NCBI GenBank assembly: GCA_016432345.1
Contig: CP066685.1
Span: 368,236 to 432,235 of the forward strand
DNA length: 64,000 nucleotides
Direction of reading: 5' to 3'
DNA from: Candidatus Levyibacteriota bacterium
GTDB taxonomy: Bacteria; Patescibacteriota; Microgenomatia; Levybacterales; UBA12049
Position numbers and translations under genes: made by a program. The notes beneath the pieces are model-generated. The model searched no databases, was not told where the DNA came from, and was given only the letters and a program-made list of their open reading frames with translations. This document shows positions 34,436 through 43,179 of this stretch, piece by piece (position 1 is the stretch's first letter; each line of letters starts with the position of its first letter).

Positions 34436-35939
34436 TATCTACAAAATTAAACGAGAGTATATTTTTCTTGCGATTATTATTCTTATTGCTTTATTTTTTC
34501 GTTTCTATAATTTTCCGTTTCGGTATGGTTTAGGAGATGAAACAGTAAGAGATGCGGTAATAGGTATTGAAGGCGCAAGAGAATTGCAGTTTCCTCTGAC
34601 TGGAGCATTTTCATCAGCAGGTGCTTTTACATTTGGTCCATGGTTTTATTATCAGTTAATTTTGTTTCACTTATTTTTTCCATCTCTTTATTCCTCGTGG
34701 ATTTATCTAAGTATTGGTTCTGTATCTTGTGTTTTTGTTTTGTATAAAATAGGTAAACTTCTTGAGGGGGAAATACTTGGTTTACTTCTTGCGTTTTTCG
34801 CAAGCCTTTCTCCGGCGCTAATTATTGCTGGTACTCATTTGACTACACAAAATATGACAAACATTTTTGCATTATTAGCAGTTTGGATATTTCTAAAAAT
34901 TGCTTTAAAAAATGTAACATATTGGTGGTATATTTTTCTTGGCATAATTTTAGGTATAGGAGTGAATCTTCATTATCAAATGGCTGGGTTGTTTATTCTA
35001 CCTATTGTTTTGATTATATATAAAAAACAAATATTATATTTTTTCCTTTCTATTGTCGGTGTTGTTGTCACCTTTTTACCCCTTCTTTTTTTTGACTTGA
35101 ATAATCATTGGTTTACTTTTCGTAATATGTTGTATTATCTTCAGCATGGCAAAGAAACAATGTACGTGCCTAATAGATGGCTTTTTTATCTTAGGGATTT
35201 CTGGCCTGCAGTTTGGGGAGATGTATTGGGAGTGCCGCAGATTATCGCAGCTGCGATAATTATTTCTTTTGTCTGTGTTGTTGCATGGCAGATTAGGAAG
35301 AAAACACTCCCTGTATATATGATTTTATTACTTGCCGCTTTTTTATTTAATTTTATTCTTTTGCGTTATTATTGGGGGCCTCGTTTCTTTGGGTATCTAA
35401 ATTTTTTGCGGCCATTTGTTTTTATTTTTACAGGTTATGTTTTAGTATTTATATACAATACTAAACGAATTAGACATATATTTTATTTAGTTGTTTTAGT
35501 ATTAGCTGCTATGATCTTTCCAAAAGCTTTAGAGATGCTTCCAAAAGACCCACTTACATTATTAATGTACGATAAATTATCGATATTTGAAAGAAAATTT
35601 CCTAATCAAAAATTACAAATATATACATGTTCAAACGATACAAAAAACAACAATACAATTATTCATTCGGCATTATTTTTATTGGATTACAAACATAAAT
35701 TGAGCGTTAATGGTTTGCCAATAGGTATCATGCCGACAGGTAATACATGTGGTTATGTCCTGCAGTATAAAGCAAAAGATAAAAATGCGTATATATTGTT
35801 GAAAAGTAGACTATCGGATAATTTGATTAATCTTTCGGATACTAAAAGAGATGAATTAACTAATTTTGGATGGAGACTGGTTACTTTTAACTCTATTTAT
35901 GAAACTACTGTACGTTGGTGGTTTATAGAGAGACCATAG
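34425..35939 (+). CDS. ArnT/PMT-like GT-C membrane protein, family C paralog C4
   Basis: 504 aa and polytopic. First loop RYGLGDETVRDAVIGIEGARELQFPLTGAFSSAGAFTFGPWFYY. The later YVPNRWL..FWP motif is shared with 7292 (YVPNRWLTYIGVFWP). Confidence 0.55.
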   Translation: MKINIYKIKREYIFLAIIILIALFFRFYNFPFRYGLGDETVRDAVIGIEGARELQFPLTGAFSSAGAFTFGPWFYYQLILFHLFFPSLYSSWIYLSIGSVSCVFVLYKIGKLLEGEILGLLLAFFASLSPALIIAGTHLTTQNMTNIFALLAVWIFLKIALKNVTYWWYIFLGIILGIGVNLHYQMAGLFILPIVLIIYKKQILYFFLSIVGVVVTFLPLLFFDLNNHWFTFRNMLYYLQHGKETMYVPNRWLFYLRDFWPAVWGDVLGVPQIIAAAIIISFVCVVAWQIRKKTLPVYMILLLAAFLFNFILLRYYWGPRFFGYLNFLRPFVFIFTGYVLVFIYNTKRIRHIFYLVVLVLAAMIFPKALEMLPKDPLTLLMYDKLSIFERKFPNQKLQIYTCSNDTKNNNTIIHSALFLLDYKHKLSVNGLPIGIMPTGNTCGYVLQYKAKDKNAYILLKSRLSDNLINLSDTKRDELTNFGWRLVTFNSIYETTVRWWFIERP

Positions 35940-35951
35940 GCATTTTTGATT

Positions 35952-36479
35952 ATGAAAGTAAAACTTTTATTTTTTATTTCAATATGTTTATTTTTTTTAG
36001 TTTTGCCTAAAGTAGGCTATGCTGAATCTAATTATGTTTTACCATATCCATCTTTTATGCCGGGTACAGCATTATACAAATTGCATATTCTCTATGAACA
36101 TATACAAAAGTATTGGTATTTTGGTAATTTTAGCCAATTTAGCTATAATTTAAATCTTTCGAATAAGTATTTAGTCGAAGCAAAAACACTTTTTGAATAC
36201 AAACAATATCTTTTAGCACATCAGGCGCTATACAAATCTAATGAGTATTTTACTGAAGCATACCGCTTTTTAGGAAGATCAAAGCAAGAAGGGAAAGATA
36301 CAAATCAAAGAGTGGCTACGCTTAAAAATGCTTCAGAAAAGCATAGAGAAGTTCTATGGCAAATTAAAACAGAAATTCCAGAAATATATATATGGAAACC
36401 AGAAAAAGAAAAACAAACAACTCTTTTTTTATGGAAGCAAATTGATAAGGCGATAGAAATTAGAAAAAACAGCGCATGA
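35952..36479 (+). CDS. Secreted protein, DUF5667-like (tentative)
   Basis: ATG at 35952 (the track uses TTG at 35946). Signal peptide KVKLLFFISICLFFLVLPKVGYA, then ESNYVLPYPSFMPGTALYKL and a predicted helical, K/E-rich body. Paralog at 60042. Confidence 0.5.
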   Translation: MKVKLLFFISICLFFLVLPKVGYAESNYVLPYPSFMPGTALYKLHILYEHIQKYWYFGNFSQFSYNLNLSNKYLVEAKTLFEYKQYLLAHQALYKSNEYFTEAYRFLGRSKQEGKDTNQRVATLKNASEKHREVLWQIKTEIPEIYIWKPEKEKQTTLFLWKQIDKAIEIRKNSA

Positions 36480-37591
36480 AAAAAATTATAATTGTTGTAT
36501 ATTTAATTACACTTTTCTTATTTACTGTTTTTTCTTATCTGTTTATAGATCAAAATCTCTTTTATCTTAAAGATTTTTTTACAGGCATTGCTTTTAACTA
36601 TAGAGAAGTTACAACTTTTATATACCTAACTTTAATTTTTTTATTCTCTATTTTTTATTATTTATTTCTGTGGTTGATTAATACAAAAAAGCTTTCAATG
36701 TTCGAAGCTAAATGGTTAATAGGTATAACTGTAGGTATTCTATTTTTTTCTTATCCTGCAATGCTTTCTTATGACATATTTAATTATCTTACCACTTCAA
36801 AAGTCGCCTTTTATTATCATGAAAATCCTTATGTCGTTATGCCGATAGAATTTGTAAACGAGCCGTTTCTTTCTTTTACCCGCGCGGCAAATAAAATAGC
36901 TTTATATGGTCCAGTGTGGATATTTCTTACAGGGATTCCTTATTATTTATCATTTGGAAATTTTATATTTTTATTATTTGGGTTTAAATTATTTATTACT
37001 TTATTTTTTGTTTTGACAATAATTCTTATTTGGAAAATGACGAAAAATCTTTTTCAAGTAGCACTTTTTGCTCTAAACCCTTTAGTGCTTATTGAGACAT
37101 TAATGAGCGGACATAACGATATAGTTATGATATTTTTTGCACTTTTTTCTTTTTATTTTTTGCATCGTAGGAACATCCTGTTTGCGGCATTTTTTTTATT
37201 TTTGTCTGTTTTTATTAAATACGCAACTATTTTTTTAATTCCTGTATTTTTGTATTGTCTGTGGCAAATGTATACAAAGCAAAGAGTGGAATGGGAAAAA
37301 ATATATCAATTTTCAGCACTTTTAATGATTTTTGTATTTTTTCTTTCCCCAGTTCGTGAAGAAATTTATTCATGGTATGCAATTTGGTTTTTAGGATTTA
37401 TTTCGCTAGTGTCTATTAAAAAATTTATTTATCAAGCAAGTATTATTTTTTCATTCTCCTTATTGCTTCGATATATGCCATACATGTTATTTGGAACGTA
37501 TCTTGCGCCAGTGCCAGCATTAAAAAATATCCTTACATTTATTCCTCTTTTTTTATTTACAATTTATTATGTTCTTAAAAAGAAAATTTGA
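36476..37591 (+). CDS. Polytopic membrane protein, DUF2029/GT87-like (tentative), paralog E2
   Basis: 371 aa. Motifs SYDIFNYLTTSKVAFYYHENPY and SGHNDIVMIFFALFSFYFL...SVFIKYAT. ATGA overlap with the upstream gene. Confidence 0.45.
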   Translation: MKKIIIVVYLITLFLFTVFSYLFIDQNLFYLKDFFTGIAFNYREVTTFIYLTLIFLFSIFYYLFLWLINTKKLSMFEAKWLIGITVGILFFSYPAMLSYDIFNYLTTSKVAFYYHENPYVVMPIEFVNEPFLSFTRAANKIALYGPVWIFLTGIPYYLSFGNFIFLLFGFKLFITLFFVLTIILIWKMTKNLFQVALFALNPLVLIETLMSGHNDIVMIFFALFSFYFLHRRNILFAAFFLFLSVFIKYATIFLIPVFLYCLWQMYTKQRVEWEKIYQFSALLMIFVFFLSPVREEIYSWYAIWFLGFISLVSIKKFIYQASIIFSFSLLLRYMPYMLFGTYLAPVPALKNILTFIPLFLFTIYYVLKKKI

Positions 37592-39164
37592 ACTGTTTTT
37601 GATTAGCTGTTTTTTGGTTTTTTCCTTGTGGTTAATGAATAAATCTTTTGGATATGATAACACGAATCATACATTTAGGCTTGCAAGAAATGAAATTGGA
37701 GATTTCGGACTCCATCTATCTTTAATACGATCATTCTCATGGGGAAATAATTTTCCTCCAGAATCTCCATTTTTCCCAGGACGGCCGCTTCCGTATCATT
37801 ATTATTTTGATTTTATCGTTGGATTGTTGGAAAGAAGTGGTATTCCTATTAATTATGCTTTTAATGGTTTGAGTGCTATGTTTTTTACTTTACTTCTTTT
37901 TTTGCTTTATAAACTTCCGCAGAGAATTTTTTTTAAGAGTAAAATGCTTGGAGTCATTTCAGTTTTACTTTTTGTGTTTCATAGTGGATTTACATTCGTT
38001 GATTTTTTAAAACAATATGGTTTTTCTTTTTACTCGTTTTGGCACTTGCCAGATTATATAGACAAAGGACCATTCGATGGTTCACTTATTTCAATTTTTT
38101 TTACCTTAAATGTATATCTTAATCAACGACATCTTGTTGCTGGATTAGTATTGAGTTTTGGAATCTTTTATTTTTTACTTCCGTATTTCTTAGATAAAAA
38201 TAAACCTTCATTTAAAAAAATTTTGTTGTGCGGATTTATTCTAGGAATTTTATCGGGAATTCATACACTTATTTTTTTTATCACAATACTTATGTTATTT
38301 TTAATGATGCTTCTTTTTAGAAAATTTTATTTTTTAATTCCCTTGTTTTTTCCTGCTTTTGCACTTTTTTCTATTCATGTGAAAGACATCATTAATCAAA
38401 ATTTACAACATCTTTATTTTAACCCAGGGTTTCTTTCTGAAAAACCCATTACTCTTCAGAGTTTTTTCATATTTTGGTTTGTAAATACTGGTATTGCATT
38501 TTTTATTATTCCTCTGAGCGTGTTTTTTTCCAACAAGAAACAAAAAATTTTATTTGTGGCTTTTTTACCACTTTTTATTATTGGTAATATTTTTCAATTA
38601 AGTTTTCGGATTGAACACAATCATTCAATTTTTAACTATTTTTTTATTTTTGGCAATTTTTATATTGCATTTTTTCTCGTACGTTTTTTTTCAAATGGGG
38701 TAAAGAGAAAAATAGTATTGTTAATTTTTCTATTTTTTTTGACAGCATCAGGAGTTATAGACCTTATGGCAGTAAAAAATGATTTTCAATTATCTTTGCC
38801 AGACGCTCCGGCAAATAAATTTATGTTGTGGATTAAAAACGATACAAAGAAAGATAGTATTTTTCTTTCCAAGCAGGAAATTTTGGATCCAATAACGTTT
38901 TCCGGCAGAAAGAACTATTTAGGTCACACATACTATTTATCTGTAATGGGATACAATTTCCAAGAAAGACAAAAACAAGCAGCGTCTTATTTTGAAGCAA
39001 ATTCAACTGATAAGCTAATCTCAATGAGAAAAGCAGGAATTAACTATATTGTAATACCGAAAGGTCATGTTGTTGATTTTAACTATAATATTAACCAGAG
39101 TTTTTTTGATAAAAATTTACAAAAGGTGTATCAGGATAAATCTGTAAGTGTTTATAAATTATGA
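37569..39164 (+). CDS. Polytopic membrane protein with a C-terminal soluble domain (unclassified, possible GT-C)
   Basis: 531 aa. The first loop is GDFGLHLSLIRSFSWGNNFPPESPFFPGRPLPYHYYFDF. There are more than 10 hydrophobic segments and a polar tail of about 130 aa. No family recognised. Confidence 0.4.
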   Translation: MFLKRKFELFLISCFLVFSLWLMNKSFGYDNTNHTFRLARNEIGDFGLHLSLIRSFSWGNNFPPESPFFPGRPLPYHYYFDFIVGLLERSGIPINYAFNGLSAMFFTLLLFLLYKLPQRIFFKSKMLGVISVLLFVFHSGFTFVDFLKQYGFSFYSFWHLPDYIDKGPFDGSLISIFFTLNVYLNQRHLVAGLVLSFGIFYFLLPYFLDKNKPSFKKILLCGFILGILSGIHTLIFFITILMLFLMMLLFRKFYFLIPLFFPAFALFSIHVKDIINQNLQHLYFNPGFLSEKPITLQSFFIFWFVNTGIAFFIIPLSVFFSNKKQKILFVAFLPLFIIGNIFQLSFRIEHNHSIFNYFFIFGNFYIAFFLVRFFSNGVKRKIVLLIFLFFLTASGVIDLMAVKNDFQLSLPDAPANKFMLWIKNDTKKDSIFLSKQEILDPITFSGRKNYLGHTYYLSVMGYNFQERQKQAASYFEANSTDKLISMRKAGINYIVIPKGHVVDFNYNINQSFFDKNLQKVYQDKSVSVYKL

Positions 39165-40405
39165 AACAATTTTTTATTCCATTGTGCATTTTTTTTGTGG
39201 TTTTTTTTATTTATTTTGGAGTCGGGTCTCAGTTTTCTTTTAAGCCAAAATGGGCATTAGATTATTTTAATCCGTTAGCATTTTCACTTCTTAATATGCG
39301 TTTTGATATACCAATTCAAGGAGACAACCATGATCTTATATATTTTCATGGCAAGTGGTATGTGCCTTGGGGCGTTTTGCCAGCATTACTACTTATTCCT
39401 TTTCAATTGTTATTAGGCAGGTATATTCCGGAATTTTATATTACTTTATTTCTTGGAAGTGTAAATGTTGTTTTTATATACCTATTACTTTTAAGAATAA
39501 AAAAAGAATTTTTTCCACATATAAGTAGATTTACAATACTATCTATCGTAATATTTTTTGCTTTTGGCACAACTCATTTTTATGTGGGTACACTTGGCAG
39601 TTCGTGGCATGTTAGCCAAATGGTAAGTTCCTCCCTTGGTATACTTGGTATTTTTGCAGTGTTTCGGAAACATCCAAAAACAATCCATTTTTTATTGAGC
39701 GCAGTATTTATTTGTTTGGCTATGTTGGGGAGACAAACTGTTATATTTTTGATTTCTTTACCAATTTCTTTATATCTTTTTCAGAGTTTTTACAAACAAA
39801 AAGAAATAATAAATAAAAAAAAGATTGTAGTAAATGGATTACTTATATTTGGTTTGCCTTTTATTATTTGTGTTTCCTGGTTTTTTTACTATAACTATCT
39901 TAGATTTGGAGATATATTTCAAACAGGATACCAATATATTAAGGAAGACGCAGTCTTATCGGAAATAAGAAAAACAAATGGCATGTTTTCTATTCGCAAT
40001 ATTCCAACTAATCTATGGTATATGATTTTTGAAATTCCAAAATTTCATTGGATTAACAATAAAATTACACTTGGTATTAATCTGTATGGAAATTCTGTTT
40101 TCTTTTTATCGCCGCCTCTTCTTTTTTCATTTTTGGCATTGCCCCTTCAGAAAAAAAAGAATGCATTTTTTTTTAATCCGTTTGTCACCTCTTTGTGGAT
40201 TGGGATATTGATAACGATTATTCCAATTCTTATGTATTATAGTAGTGGTTGGATACAGTTTGGCTATCGGTATGCGCTTGATATTATGGTGTCTCTTATA
40301 CTGCTTTCTGTATTTGCGCTTAAAGGAAAACTAAATACATTGTACATTGTTGGAATTTTTTTCTCTATTTTTGTTCATGTTTTAGGTATATATTCTCTGA
40401 TGTAG
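39161..40405 (+). CDS. Polytopic membrane protein (unclassified, possible GT-C)
   Basis: 414 aa. N-terminal loop NHDLIYFHGKWYVPWGVLPALLLIPF, which resembles lipid-carrier-dependent glycosyltransferases. ATGA overlap with the upstream gene. Confidence 0.4.
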   Translation: MKQFFIPLCIFFVVFFIYFGVGSQFSFKPKWALDYFNPLAFSLLNMRFDIPIQGDNHDLIYFHGKWYVPWGVLPALLLIPFQLLLGRYIPEFYITLFLGSVNVVFIYLLLLRIKKEFFPHISRFTILSIVIFFAFGTTHFYVGTLGSSWHVSQMVSSSLGILGIFAVFRKHPKTIHFLLSAVFICLAMLGRQTVIFLISLPISLYLFQSFYKQKEIINKKKIVVNGLLIFGLPFIICVSWFFYYNYLRFGDIFQTGYQYIKEDAVLSEIRKTNGMFSIRNIPTNLWYMIFEIPKFHWINNKITLGINLYGNSVFFLSPPLLFSFLALPLQKKKNAFFFNPFVTSLWIGILITIIPILMYYSSGWIQFGYRYALDIMVSLILLSVFALKGKLNTLYIVGIFFSIFVHVLGIYSLM

Positions 40406-40409
40406 TTAT

Positions 40410-42038
40410 ATGAAAGGATTTCTTTCTATTTTTTTAGTTTTGTTTTTTTCTTTTGTTGCTGCAAGATCTTTACTAGCTCCAGGATTGCCGCCAACACATG
40501 ATGGAGAATATCATATTATTAGATTTTACGAATTTGACAAGACTTTAAGAGCAGGAGATTTATACCCCCGCTGGGCGCAGGATTTAAATAATGGATATGG
40601 CGTTCCATTATTTAACTATGTCTACCCGTTACCAAATTATATTGCCTCTTTTTTTCATCTATTCGGAGTAAGTTTTATTGATGCATTTAAATTAAGCATG
40701 TTTTTTGCCGCAATAGTAGGTTCAATAGCAATGTATTTATGGGCAAAGATTTTTTGGGGAGAAGTGGGTGGTGTTGTCTCATCTGTTTTTTATACTTTTG
40801 CCCCATATCACTTTGTTGATATATATGTCAGGGGTTCTGTTGGTGAAGTATGGGCATTAGCGTTTTTCCCTGCATTTCTTTGGTCAGCAACAGTATTTAT
40901 AAAAGAAAGAAGACCAAGATTTGTCGTTTTGTCCGGGATTTTTCTCTCTCTAATTATATTTTCTCATAATATTTTAGCATTAATGTTTTTTCCCTTCGCT
41001 CTTTTTTATGTTCTCTTTTTAATTTTTTTTAGCAAAGAAAAACTATACGCTATACGCTATACGCTATACGCTATTTTTTTGGGTCTAGGTTTGTCTGCAA
41101 TTTTTTGGTTGCCCGCCATTTTTGAAGCAAATTATGTTAAAGGGTTACAAATATATGATATTGAAAATAATTTTCCAGAATTGTATCAACTATTTATTCC
41201 ATCGTGGGGGTCTGGTTTTTCAAATGATGATTTACCGAATCAAATGTCTCCTCAAATAGGAATTGCAAACATATTTTCTTTATTAGGGACAGTTATCGTA
41301 TTGATTATTCTTTTGAGGAGAAAACAAAAAAGTGTTTCATTACTAATTTTGTTTTTTCTTTTATGGTTTACTGTCGTATTTTTTTTACTGCTTCCTGCAT
41401 CTTTGCCAATTTGGTTGCATGTACCTTTGATGAATTATTTTCAATTTCCGTGGCGTCTGTTGAGTCTTGAGATTTTATTTTTGGCATTTCTAGCCGGGAG
41501 TATGATAATGATTTGGAAGAATAAGATCTTTCTGGCGCTGATGGTTATTTTTCCAATAGTGTTAGGTGTTGGCTATGCAAAGCCGCCATTCTATTTTAAT
41601 AGAGATGATATATATTATATTTCCAGATCAAATTTTATTGATGGAACAAACAGTCCAGGAGATTTATTTAATACGGTATGGTTTAATAAGGGTTTAAAAA
41701 AACAAAAAGAAAAAATTTTAGTAGGGCATGGTATGTTGACAGATGTCCAAATAAATCCTACAAAATATTTATTACGTGTTGAAGTAAATTCAGATTCTCA
41801 GGTAACAGTGAATACAGTATATTTTCCTGGATGGACGGCAATGATTAATAAAAAAGAAATAGATACAAAACCTGATAATAATGGTTTAATTACTTTTTTT
41901 GTCCCTGAAAGTACGAATTATATTGTGCTTTTTTTTAAAAATACTTTTGTTAGAATGATTGCAACAAGTATTTCTTTGGTATCTTTTTTTTCGATAATAC
42001 TGTATTTAGTATTATATTTTCGTTATGAAAAAAAATAA
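40410..42038 (+). CDS. HDGxxH..PRW-type (COG5617/'PTPS-related') polytopic membrane protein, paralog D3
   Basis: 542 aa. Motifs THDGEYHIIRFYEFDKTLRAGDLYPRWAQDLNNGYGVPLFNYVYPLPNY, QFPWRL and the C-terminal NTVYFPGWTAMINKKE...GLITFFVPE. Confidence 0.55.
   Translation: MKGFLSIFLVLFFSFVAARSLLAPGLPPTHDGEYHIIRFYEFDKTLRAGDLYPRWAQDLNNGYGVPLFNYVYPLPNYIASFFHLFGVSFIDAFKLSMFFAAIVGSIAMYLWAKIFWGEVGGVVSSVFYTFAPYHFVDIYVRGSVGEVWALAFFPAFLWSATVFIKERRPRFVVLSGIFLSLIIFSHNILALMFFPFALFYVLFLIFFSKEKLYAIRYTLYAIFLGLGLSAIFWLPAIFEANYVKGLQIYDIENNFPELYQLFIPSWGSGFSNDDLPNQMSPQIGIANIFSLLGTVIVLIILLRRKQKSVSLLILFFLLWFTVVFFLLLPASLPIWLHVPLMNYFQFPWRLLSLEILFLAFLAGSMIMIWKNKIFLALMVIFPIVLGVGYAKPPFYFNRDDIYYISRSNFIDGTNSPGDLFNTVWFNKGLKKQKEKILVGHGMLTDVQINPTKYLLRVEVNSDSQVTVNTVYFPGWTAMINKKEIDTKPDNNGLITFFVPESTNYIVLFFKNTFVRMIATSISLVSFFSIILYLVLYFRYEKK
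41043..41074 (+). repeat. Perfect heptanucleotide tandem repeat (CTATACG)x4 + CTAT inside paralog D3
   Basis: Read directly: ctatacg ctatacg ctatacg ctatacg ctat. It encodes LYAIRYTLYAI. The unit and copy number are identical to 878..907 in a different gene family. Confidence 0.95.
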
Positions 42039-43152
42039 ATCTGATTCGGAGTGGATTTTTTGGACAACTATTACCATTAGTTTTGTTATGCTTATTCATA
42101 ATGGAACAGAACCTCTTTTTTTATTTGCTTATGCAAGTATCCCTATTCTTATTGTTTTGTTCTATCTTAAAAAAAGTTTATTTCCGATCGTACTATACCT
42201 TTTGTTTGTAGGTACGGTTGGAAGAATTACACAATATTATCATTCGACATATGGATCTGATACATTACTGGCAGTTCGCGATTTTATCGGATATTTTGTA
42301 CATGGTTACAATGTATATAAAGAAATGACTATGTCAACAACAGGGTTGCAACCTTTTACTTATTTGCCTTTTAGCCTTTTTTGGTATCTGCCAGCTTATG
42401 GATTAAAAATGGACTTGCGTTTTTTTGAAATGCTCGTATCTTGTTTTGTACCTGTTATCTTAGCTTTTTATGGAAAAATTATAAATAGAGTACAAATATT
42501 ACCAATACTTGCAGTGATATCGCTTGCGCCATTTCTTATTGATTTATCTGCAGATGGAAGTAATGACAACAGCGCAATTTTTATATTGCTTTTATCTATT
42601 TTGTCTTTTGTTTACGCCAAAAAAATAAAAAGCCGCAACGTTGCTATTTTGAGCGCAGTAATTTTAGGTTTTGCCGCGTCTTTTAAGCATTATGTATTTT
42701 TTTATGTTTTATTTTTCTTTATGTATTTAATACAAAACAAAAAAATACTTCCAATTTCTGGGGGCAGATACATTTTTTATACTGTATTGACAATTATTAT
42801 TGTAAGCGGGCCTTTTATTCTTTCTGAGCCAGAAGGTTTTCTGCGCAGCCTTGCTTTTATTCAGTTACCTGCTGGACATGGAACTTGGGGTTGGAATATA
42901 TGGGTAGCATTAAGAGATTTATTGCAAATAACAATTACCAGTGGTCAAATGTCAGGTGTACGTATAATACTTACTTTATTAACTTTTTTTCTGTTGTTTC
43001 GATATTTCCGGATTAATGCATTAAACAAAGTTTTTATTGCTTCAGGACTAACTATGTTGGTATATTTTGCATTTAGTCAATGGACAACGATTGCGTATTT
43101 TACATTTCTTCTTCCCCTGTTTTTTTTAAGCGCGTTTAAGATTGAAGATTAG
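42025..43152 (+). CDS. Polytopic membrane protein, DUF2029/GT87-like (tentative), paralog E3
   Basis: 375 aa. Motifs GSDTLLAVRDFIGYFVHGYNVY and ADGSNDNSAIFILLLSILSF...AASFKHY. It overlaps the upstream gene by 14 nt. Confidence 0.45.
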   Translation: MKKNKSDSEWIFWTTITISFVMLIHNGTEPLFLFAYASIPILIVLFYLKKSLFPIVLYLLFVGTVGRITQYYHSTYGSDTLLAVRDFIGYFVHGYNVYKEMTMSTTGLQPFTYLPFSLFWYLPAYGLKMDLRFFEMLVSCFVPVILAFYGKIINRVQILPILAVISLAPFLIDLSADGSNDNSAIFILLLSILSFVYAKKIKSRNVAILSAVILGFAASFKHYVFFYVLFFFMYLIQNKKILPISGGRYIFYTVLTIIIVSGPFILSEPEGFLRSLAFIQLPAGHGTWGWNIWVALRDLLQITITSGQMSGVRIILTLLTFFLLFRYFRINALNKVFIASGLTMLVYFAFSQWTTIAYFTFLLPLFFLSAFKIED

Positions 43153-43165
43153 GGTACATAAATAC

Positions 43166-43173
43166 TGTATAAT
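43166..43173 (+). promoter_or_regulatory. Extended -10 element TGTATAAT, 6 nt upstream of the ATG at 43180
   Basis: Read directly in the 27-nt gap (ggtacataaatacTGTATAATaaaataATG). The octamer and spacing are the same as at 24293-24300. Sequence pattern only. Confidence 0.3.
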
Positions 43174-43179
43174 AAAATA

